Shown here piece after piece: positions 58,401 to 64,000 of a DNA stretch of 64,000 nucleotides. The stretch is from an uncultured virus (IMG/VR IMGVR_UViG_3300037467_002795) (lineage: Duplodnaviria; Heunggongvirae; Uroviricota; Caudoviricetes). The notes below the pieces were generated by a model. That model saw nothing but the letters and a program-made list of their open reading frames with translations, did not search any database and had not been told where the DNA came from. Position numbers and translations under genes: made by a program. Positions within the stretch are counted from its first letter, which is position 1, and the number at the start of each line of letters is the position of its first letter. Where the stretch lies: the IMG/VR virus record IMGVR_UViG_3300037467_002795. One strand, given 5' to 3'.

Positions 58401-61400
58401 CGCCTTGCGACGGGCCACTTCCTCCTCGGTCCTGCGGACCTCGTCGGCACTCAGTCGCTGGAGGGCTTCCTCCGCGGCGGCCGGGGCATGCCGCTTGTGC
58501 GAATCGGGGTTGTTCTCGGCACTGGTCAGGCTGACGCGACTGAGGTTTTTGCCGCCGAGCCGCCCGGCACCGTAGTGCTTGTTGAGTTCGTCCTTGACCT
58601 TTCGCTGGGCGGCCCGGAATATCAAGGCATTAATATTGCCCTTCGAGGGGTCGTACCCGACCATCACGGTGCGGGCCGCGTCGTGGACGGCCCCCAGGGC
58701 GTCTTCCCGGCCGAACGTGGGGTGATTGCGGCTGAGGTTGGCCGCGAACCGCTCCAATAACCCAGGGTTCTTCTCCAGGTACTGGGTGAAAACGTCCCGC
58801 TGATTGTTAGTGAGGGCGGTCCGGGTTTTCGGCCGAGCCCGGCTCGCGAGTCGGCCCAGAACCGCCTGAATCTGGTTATCGCCCTTCCCGGTCAGGAAGT
58901 CCGCATGGGCTCGGGCGAATCCCTCCTTGTCCGAGTACAGGTACTGGGATTCTTTTTCGCTCAGGATGCGGCCCGCCTTCAGCATCTTTTCGCGGGTCGC
59001 CACCACGTTAGCCTGGGCCACCTGCCTGGCACTGTCGTCACTGAGCGAGGCCGCCTTGCCGCCGCCCACCTTATAGTCGACCGCGTGCCCCAGCTCGTGG
59101 GCGAGCACCTCACGAAGTTCGTCGGCCGTCTTGATGCGGTCCTGGTTCAAGAACAGGTTCCCGCTCTTGTTGGCGTACCCGCCTCGGGCCACCTTCCCGG
59201 GCTGGACCGCCAGCGAGCGATTGAAGAGAGCCAGGGTCTCTTGGTCCAACCCTCGGTGGTTAACAATAAGACGCTTGAACAGACTCTTATAGTCAATGCC
59301 GGTCTTTGTTTGAAACTCTTGGAGGATGCTGTTGATATTGGCTTCGGAGACGACCCCACTCGCCCCGGCACTAATCAAACCACCGTCGGCGAACCGGGGA
59401 AGTCGGCCCGTCCGGTTCATGTAGCGGACGCGGTTAATGCCTAGTCCTTGGACTGCGTTGCGGTTCAGTACGAACTCGCCGTCCTGCGCAAGAATTTCGA
59501 CACTATCAACGCCCCGAGTTCCGCCCCGTACCTGCCCGCCGCCCGCGAACTTCCGCTGTGGTTTTAGGCCGAGTGGAGAACCTTGCACGACGGCGACTTG
59601 ACTGCGTTCGGTCTGGCGCCGCTGGACGTATTCCAGTAGGTCGTCCTGGCCCACGCCCGTGGCGAGCGAGAGAGAAGACACGAGCTCGGCGACCCGCTCT
59701 CGTTTGCCGAGCGTCCGCCCCACTTTGCGGCCGACCGCAGCCACACCGCGACCGACGAACCCGCCGAAAGCGTACCGCGGGAATCGACCCGTGCGGTTCA
59801 GTTCCTCGACCCGCCCCCGCCCCAGTCGGTCCACCGCGGCCTTCCGCAGCACATACTCGCCCTCCTGGGCCATGATGGGGACACTGTCGACGCCGGGGGT
59901 GCCGCCGTGGACCGGTCCGCCGGCCGCGAAGCGGCGGGTCGGAGCCCGCGACGACCCGTACAGTTCGGGGGTCAAAACACCCGCCGCGAACCGCATCGAC
60001 CCGCCCATCAACCGCCCGATGCCCAGGGCTGCGACTACCGGCAGGAGAGGGCCCAGGGCCTTGACGAGTTCGGCCGCCGCCGTCGCCGCTGTGGTGAGCC
60101 CGTCAGCTAGCTTTTTGAATCCACTCGACTGGACCAAATCATTACCAAGCTGCTGGTAAGTCTCTTTGATTTTGGTCAATTTTGTCAACAAGGCATCCTG
60201 GCGAACGGCCGCGGCTGCCTCGATGGACGCACTGCCGAGCCGGGCCACGTTCAGGGCTTTTTGGGCTTCGCCGAACTGCTGGATGAGGGGCAGGACCCTG
60301 CTCACCTGCCGGATGCCCCCCAAATCTTCGACGACTTGCGCGTACCGTGGGTCGGTGGACCGTAACTTACTGAGGCCTTCCGAAAGTCGCTGTACGGCCC
60401 GGAATTGGCCCACAAACTGGTCGGTCAAATCTTCCTGGCCGAGGGCCTTGGCCTCTTCCTTAGTATAGCGAAGATTAATACCTAACTGTTTTAAATTCTC
60501 TATAGTATCAGAGCGTTGCACGTAAGTGAATATACTTCGGAGCCCGGTCGCGATTTGGTCGGCCGATTCCCGCGTGGTTGCACGAATACTTGTAAATAGT
60601 GCAAGAAGCTCATTCAATTGCCCGCCAGCCGTAGCAAACGCACCACCACTTTTTTGCACGGCAGTGATTAGGTCTTGGCTTTCCGTTGCGAAGGTCGCGG
60701 CGACCGCATTTACCGAACCCAGCTGGTCTTTCAGTTTTTCGGTGTCCTTGCCGAACTGCTGAAAAATCGCCAGCATCCCCTCCGTGGTTTTGCGGGCGTC
60801 CGCGAAGGACGGACTGGACAGGGCGAGGGCCAGTGTCTCGACCGCCTGGGCGCTCTGACGAGCATTGAGGCCAGCCTGCACGAATGCTTCGGCCCCAGCC
60901 GCCAGGTCCCGACTCGCCACACCGTATGTGGTAGACAGTCGGCCAATCTCGGCCCGTAGACGAGACACGCCCCTCTGTCCATCGTCTGACACTTGCAATA
61001 GTTTATTCATCGCAAGGTCGAACTGAACTGCTTCTCGCCCGACTGCTTTTAGGGCGTTGACGGCCGCGAACATCCCACCGGTCGCCACGCTGAACGCGAC
61101 AAATCTGCGTCCAGCAAGCGACACTTGCCGACCAAAGTTCGTTACCGTATCTGAGGCCTCCGCGTAGGCGGCAGACGCTCGGCGGGCCGCTCCGGCAGAG
61201 GTGGTCAGGCTTGCGACCGACGCCTGAGCCAGCGGGTTCACCCGGGCGTAGGCGGTCGCCATCTGACTGACTCGACTGGTCGCAGACGCCAGTTCCCCGC
61301 TCAGGCCTCGCGTGGCCGTCCGTAGGGCGTTCATGTTCTGGGCGAGCGAAGCAATCTCGCTCTTGGCACGCGGCGAAATCTCGAGGTCGATTTTTGCCGA

Positions 61401-61493
61401 CAGACCGTTCGTTATGCCTTGTAGTTGCGAGCGAATATTCGCCGTAGCACCACGAGCCAAGTTGAGGTTAATTTGAGCCGCGAGGTTGAACAC
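52431..61493 (-). CDS. Tail tape measure protein (~3,020 aa) with cargo domains
   Basis: TMP core (FVQAGL, ALSSPSF, NAVAATFATESQDLI, TTRESADQIATGLRSIF), repeated FAxGG..DSV..GEYV units, HEXXH; likely GTG start at 61493. Confidence 0.88.
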   Translation of the reverse strand: MFNLAAQINLNLARGATANIRSQLQGITNGLSAKIDLEISPRAKSEIASLAQNMNALRTATRGLSGELASATSRVSQMATAYARVNPLAQASVASLTTSAGAARRASAAYAEASDTVTNFGRQVSLAGRRFVAFSVATGGMFAAVNALKAVGREAVQFDLAMNKLLQVSDDGQRGVSRLRAEIGRLSTTYGVASRDLAAGAEAFVQAGLNARQSAQAVETLALALSSPSFADARKTTEGMLAIFQQFGKDTEKLKDQLGSVNAVAATFATESQDLITAVQKSGGAFATAGGQLNELLALFTSIRATTRESADQIATGLRSIFTYVQRSDTIENLKQLGINLRYTKEEAKALGQEDLTDQFVGQFRAVQRLSEGLSKLRSTDPRYAQVVEDLGGIRQVSRVLPLIQQFGEAQKALNVARLGSASIEAAAAVRQDALLTKLTKIKETYQQLGNDLVQSSGFKKLADGLTTAATAAAELVKALGPLLPVVAALGIGRLMGGSMRFAAGVLTPELYGSSRAPTRRFAAGGPVHGGTPGVDSVPIMAQEGEYVLRKAAVDRLGRGRVEELNRTGRFPRYAFGGFVGRGVAAVGRKVGRTLGKRERVAELVSSLSLATGVGQDDLLEYVQRRQTERSQVAVVQGSPLGLKPQRKFAGGGQVRGGTRGVDSVEILAQDGEFVLNRNAVQGLGINRVRYMNRTGRLPRFADGGLISAGASGVVSEANINSILQEFQTKTGIDYKSLFKRLIVNHRGLDQETLALFNRSLAVQPGKVARGGYANKSGNLFLNQDRIKTADELREVLAHELGHAVDYKVGGGKAASLSDDSARQVAQANVVATREKMLKAGRILSEKESQYLYSDKEGFARAHADFLTGKGDNQIQAVLGRLASRARPKTRTALTNNQRDVFTQYLEKNPGLLERFAANLSRNHPTFGREDALGAVHDAARTVMVGYDPSKGNINALIFRAAQRKVKDELNKHYGAGRLGGKNLSRVSLTSAENNPDSHKRHAPAAAEEALQRLSADEVRRTEEEVARRKAKANEIRQAALKGTAAYTTGDTAGVQLGNPASLTAWLKARKAGGTGPATSGSQPPLPPPPPPAPPSPAGSPAPSNNDRPSYPLVHVPSLPPGYVHLSGGRGAVIPGYAEKEVERRFRREMRNLRDPVAGSPIGFRTDPWVESPSSPKTGLFPAPYGLMPAIGRGQSPTNRPGYRPGEPGPVGPTYGFGNAPGRPITPNAAASLLSVEGEPSPYRHRETQYRPGGSVAYNPLTVRDFLAGRLPAVAPPNGPGDGAVNTFRARLRLNDLLAGERFRDRPLSPTGLGFADIANARGATSLDAAQMHRLGGLAPAATANLAGREVSKAQNELAAGIRRQLQTLAPALKAQERLAIAEEMAAEAYRTNAQVIRNRNGKVVGLADLGQQITETTRRSWFSGTIDESGRGRFGRLADRLGQGGWLSRQAAGVVSVGSGALGRIRGSGGAGAAYAGMMAAPLIGQAFSPEDGAAARAVGNSGAESSFTNQTVTGGTLQYGAMGAGVGMVFGPWGAAIGGAIGAVYGFTTSLKDASKNLAEAKAANATEHLNENLRRVVEGKEGLMSANRYGIISDIREVRAAATTRAFENSSSFWRKTPDSDVLAKAQTLELRKALANQAGGFASILSSEATGLAKARPEARPEELVDELNKGVRGELLRVVADIRNVPLAKILNEMAQDVREAQRNFAGQKAVEDARVVSERQAHSAGRLVVAFDAVSASLNDFKTKLDLPMLAFGGHTPVGAPNYANNLGILGAPNPGGFREALGVVGGMLGPAGKGLVRSSQAADDIARILPSVLDQLVREGNSTEHTTHTRVEKGLRESLLPEMSDEAREKALKENPELRLAIANVSSQVRKLDQQHGGNALPYIGHDTQGAAKNLNVDNAKAAAYSQEIARRIQEANLAYATGLSTVRQNASTVGSEQDRLAEARLGLTRALAVSRSERLGGGDASRFLSLEDLTAPHEARQSRLLAGTGLRNEDVSGISSLLEKERQSLDSIKTNKDKAEGNPERFAQLSREFEATVQRTQNLQEALRNLADAGKRGAAIQERLNTINSDRDNRLSFAEKFIMASPEERQKMRRGQTLAAQVAQDPELFKRMSEENKRLFIQASHDIGPSQFKNGFTGDSLRNFVLEDTGIVPPEMRRGRQKLTDENARVAGVSVRAQGGIAADLVKANDWVKKFVQGARDTVVSGLATQSVYEQRRQTQSMISSQALEKNRLNEQVNLRKVLGAVGIEGTDASVKEAQRYFPDLKKYFEKLDEVNAPGEDREKARGYLQRSAGGNETDLLHASREERRLIFSRILDSSKIGKDLLPEYKSNAIDEAANGSLFMDINEKLGHRSKELGRSLTPEERQDTMNDVAAERLHGAVFRRVDTVKGWARDEMDKAAGELRLGKISPEGLAGINREDRAKLMSALDPEKKSESIQGLDKLDENLRNVNKELAALGTMLSDLNKQLPAQPQHRAQGGLINWSPRGSDVVPAMLSPNEYIINAKSSVANRPLLHAINNARGPLDDSRFVADGDDRKRRIIRGAMGTYETIRQGMVSAADWLGLARGGVVPQYLAAGGVARKLTKEDEARARDMERAQRGAAAEGATNPFDTFFLGGWNHKQADKIEGDIARYKEALKKSKTPAEERLYREAIKDARTKFAESNKKAIFETSYNPNGEAGLDRMHHQLEKQGRALIAKGKLKAEDLGLYMARNLAQVNARRQVGSLLEQQAYAGAGGLPGEDEVYGGVVARLQHREAEDQALFMQKFGRGFWDVHRDVAHRMAERADQRAADVAWKKAQRAALKRPTKGKLPIAPAPRPKNNPPLDRHFLVSAPTEPIHRFAAGGLVTSGSPNYDSTLAMLEKGEGVVSRAGMQSLGASGLASLNRGGSPGGSDGSSRASDAAAKMGESAARFNEGMSGFNNSVTTMNSGFSRFESTVDKLVTSLDKIPTHIEYSGQIDVNLVGGAVAQPGVSDAVKAEINRQIRSMMGGEFNRRMPEATAPLASDSGSLR

Positions 61494-61728
61494 AATGCAC
61501 CCGGGTACTACCAAGTATTTCCACTTGACTAATACACCGGTCAAGTTGCGGCTTCCAGGCTCTTCATCCCGTTGACTCCGGTCTTCTTCCGCCCTGTACT
61601 CCGCTCGTCTTCGAATCGCAAGCTCTTTGAGCACAACCGTTTATAAAAAGTTAAAAACACTATTTACGACACTGTTAATTACAGGTAGTATATCCTTGGG
61701 CCAACTGCGCAACTTCGAGGTTTTTCCT

Positions 61729-62478
61729 GTGGGTGGTAAGCGAATCGTTCTAGTCCCAGGCCAAGCCATTAACGACTGGGAGTACGTCGGACCCGACGAA
61801 AAGAAGCATCATGTGAAGTGCAAATGCAAATTGTGCGGAGAAATCTATCGCGTATCCAAAGACGGATTCGTTCACGGCAGAAGTAAGCGATGCAAACCAT
61901 GCGCGGACAAGCAAAAATCGCACGGGCTTCATCCTTATGAAATCGGGCAAATGGTAGGCGACTGGGAGGTCCTTGGTCTTGTCCCGAGTTCGGCCACCAA
62001 CAAAACCTTAATCCATCTACTGTGTCATAGGTGTAACAAAAAGCACTACATGAAGAAAGGAAACTTCGACAGAGGGAAATCGAAATGCTGCGCCGGTTGC
62101 CTTCAGGAATCCGATAGGTCCGGATGCAATTCTGCGACATGGAAAGGCCACGAAGGTATCCCCGGGCAATTTTACACTAGCATCATGCTTAGCGCAGAGG
62201 CAAGAAATATCGAATTCAATGTGAGCATCGAATACTTATGGGATTTGTATAAAAGCCAAAACGGCCTATGTGCGATAACTAAAATCCCCATTTATTTCAA
62301 TAAGAGAATTAGAGAGCCACGAACCGTCTCCTTGGACAGGATAGACAGCGGCAAAGGGTACATAGAATGGAACGTGCAGTGGGTCCACAAAGTTATTAAC
62401 TTGATGAAACTAGATTTTCCTCAAGATTATTTTATTGAATGGTGTCACAAGATAACAGAAGCCAATTCGGGCAAATAA
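61729..62478 (+). CDS. HNH-type homing endonuclease
   Basis: GLCAIT..SLDRIDSGKGY..NVQWVHKVINLMK; AT-rich. Confidence 0.8.
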   Translation: MGGKRIVLVPGQAINDWEYVGPDEKKHHVKCKCKLCGEIYRVSKDGFVHGRSKRCKPCADKQKSHGLHPYEIGQMVGDWEVLGLVPSSATNKTLIHLLCHRCNKKHYMKKGNFDRGKSKCCAGCLQESDRSGCNSATWKGHEGIPGQFYTSIMLSAEARNIEFNVSIEYLWDLYKSQNGLCAITKIPIYFNKRIREPRTVSLDRIDSGKGYIEWNVQWVHKVINLMKLDFPQDYFIEWCHKITEANSGK

Positions 62479-62491
62479 TTCAGGAGGCATT

Positions 62492-63121
62492 ATGGATTCC
62501 GCGAATAACGAATGTCACCGACTTGCTCCGTACAAAATCGGCGAAAGAATCGGAGACCTGGAGGTGCTGGGTGTCACCCCAAAAGAACGAGGCGAAAGAC
62601 TCAAGATTCACCTGTTGTGCCATAAATGCAACAAAAAATATTACATAACAAAATCAATGCTTAAAAGAAACAGACAGGGCTGTTGCAAATCGTGCTATAA
62701 CTCCTGTGGAAACACGTCGCCCAGATGGAAAGGGTGTGGAGAAATATCGGCCATAAAGCTCATTAATATAAAAAGAAACGCGAGGCTCAGAGGATTCGAA
62801 TTTACACTAAACGACGAAGAGATATGGATGTTGTTCGAAAAACAAAATCGTCGGTGTGCCATCTCTGGCGAACCAATCCACTTTGGAAAAGTGCGATACG
62901 AAGAGACGACTGCATCCCTTGACCGTATCGATTCATCCAAGGGATACGTGGAGGGAAATGTTCAGTGGATACATAAAGATGTTAACCTTATGAAACTTGA
63001 CTATTCTACAGATGAGTTTTTATACTGGTGCCGCCTGGTGACCGAAGCCAACCCGCGACCAACACCCAAACAAGAAGTGAAAACCGACCCGCCTAAGCCC
63101 GAACCGACAACTGTTGCCTAA
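62492..63121 (+). CDS. HNH-type homing endonuclease
   Basis: RCAISG..ASLDRIDSSKGYVEGNVQWIHKDVNLMK. Confidence 0.8.
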   Translation: MDSANNECHRLAPYKIGERIGDLEVLGVTPKERGERLKIHLLCHKCNKKYYITKSMLKRNRQGCCKSCYNSCGNTSPRWKGCGEISAIKLINIKRNARLRGFEFTLNDEEIWMLFEKQNRRCAISGEPIHFGKVRYEETTASLDRIDSSKGYVEGNVQWIHKDVNLMKLDYSTDEFLYWCRLVTEANPRPTPKQEVKTDPPKPEPTTVA

Positions 63122-63135
63122 TGGCAACCACCAAC

Positions 63136-63166
63136 AAAAAAAAAGAGGAGGGATGGTCCCTCCTCT
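63136..63166 (-). terminator. Intrinsic terminator on the minus strand
   Basis: A-run followed by AGAGGAGGGA tgg TCCCTCCTCT (stem plus U-tract on the minus strand). Confidence 0.75.
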
Positions 63167-63196
63167 CCCGACCAACCATCAAGGTAGGTCGTCTGG

Positions 63197-63550
63197 TCAA
63201 ACCCCGGGTTGTGCTTCGTATAATTCAACCGCCCGCCCGTCCGGGTCCCGAATAATCGCGCAGGGGCCCCACGAAGTCTCTTGGTGGGAACTAATAATTG
63301 GAGTTCCCATACCATCCAACTTGTTCACCACAGTTTCCAGCCCGAGAACCCCAAACCCGAGGCGAGTGTCGTCGGGTGTCCGACCCGACGACGACGGGTA
63401 GAGTTCGAACACGAGGTCACCCATCTCGGCCGCATAATGCAGTGGTCCTGAACCGTGCCGTTCGGCCTTGAACTGGAAACCGAGTATTTCATAAAAAAGT
63501 TTCGCTCTTTCGAGATATTCGCTTCGCAGAACTAGCAATCGCAGCTTCAT
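63197..63550 (-). CDS. VOC/glyoxalase-family protein
   Basis: LERAKLFYEILG, LGFGV, WG..IRDPDGRAVEL. Confidence 0.88.
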   Translation of the reverse strand: MKLRLLVLRSEYLERAKLFYEILGFQFKAERHGSGPLHYAAEMGDLVFELYPSSSGRTPDDTRLGFGVLGLETVVNKLDGMGTPIISSHQETSWGPCAIIRDPDGRAVELYEAQPGV

Positions 63551-64000
63551 TGCGTGCTCACCCAGTCGTCCTCGACCTCAAACATCTCGGTCTCGCCCCC
63601 GTCGCTCTTTTCCGGCAGAGGATTGCCGTCTTCCCCGACCGGATTCTCCTCCACGTCACACAAGTTCCCCTGCCGGTCCACCAACGCCAGGTCCTTGTCC
63701 CGAATCATTTTATGACGAAGCAGGAACTGATTCTCAACAAGATTCCGCTCGTCCGCGTCCGGGTCGTACCCGAAGTACAAGTTCGCGAACTCCTCGGCCG
63801 CCTTCAGGGTGTCCGGGTCCCCGCCGCGGGCCTTGTAGTCCTCGACGTCCTTGAAATAAGCCTTGCCCGTGTCGGCCACCTTGACACACCGGCTGGCCAG
63901 GAAGTTGAACCGGTCCTGATTGGCGAGCCCTTCGGCGGTCAGCGACTTGAGCCGCGTAAAATCGTTCAGGAGGCGGACCCGCTCGACCCGGGCCACCCGC
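63547..64000 (-). CDS. Partial protein, candidate tail assembly chaperone
   Basis: Same strand as and upstream of the TMP; ENQFL..LVDRQGNLCD; 5' end outside the window. Confidence 0.5.
   Translation of the reverse strand, partial: RVARVERVRLLNDFTRLKSLTAEGLANQDRFNFLASRCVKVADTGKAYFKDVEDYKARGGDPDTLKAAEEFANLYFGYDPDADERNLVENQFLLRHKMIRDKDLALVDRQGNLCDVEENPVGEDGNPLPEKSDGGETEMFEVEDDWVSTQ

Noticed and set aside
61494..61634. N-terminal 47 codons of the 3067-aa TMP ORF
   Set aside because: This stretch contains the candidate promoter and inverted repeat. The TMP-like sequence begins at GTG 61493.
224..63626. Motif as Chi, KOPS or a stoperator
   Set aside because: Those signals are strand-polarised, whereas these copies are about equal on both strands within same-direction operons.
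1..64000. CRISPR array, tRNA or rRNA genes
   Set aside because: No regularly spaced repeat-spacer units and no tRNA or rRNA signatures were seen. The dispersed motif is irregularly spaced and mostly intragenic.
1..64000. Stop-codon reassignment or a diversity-generating retroelement
   Set aside because: Genes are intact and tightly coupled under the standard code with TAA, TAG and TGA stops. No reverse transcriptase or adenine-specific TR/VR pair was seen.

Overview
This window is a densely coding segment of a large tailed phage or prophage, about 60% GC, with no housekeeping host genes. A planctomycete host is plausible but is only inference. From left to right it holds: the 5' end of an IS200/IS605 tnpB with its subterminal hairpin; a first sugar-modification cassette (methyltransferase, ATP-grasp, glycosyltransferase, DegT aminotransferase); nucleotide-metabolism genes; a replication/recombination module (RecA-like, DnaB, DnaG, PD-(D/E)XK nuclease, DnaE split into two genes around a UDG and a DnaQ-like exonuclease, SSB); a 15-kb glycosylation cluster (GT4 x2, PhoH, nucleotidyltransferase, GT9, heptose kinase, GT71-like); virion/tail genes; an accessory island (DUF1883, XRE, tandem paralogs, mobile mystery A/Fic B); a ~3,000-aa tape measure protein carrying peptidase-like and sigma-region-2-like cargo; and HNH genes. 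The strongest unexplained signal is at DNA level. A non-palindromic motif, TCCGGCAGRRR(AGGGA), occurs at least 36 times on both strands. It forms the end of an 85-bp multi-hairpin element whose copies show compensatory base changes and GNA triloops, and some copies sit in frame inside genes.
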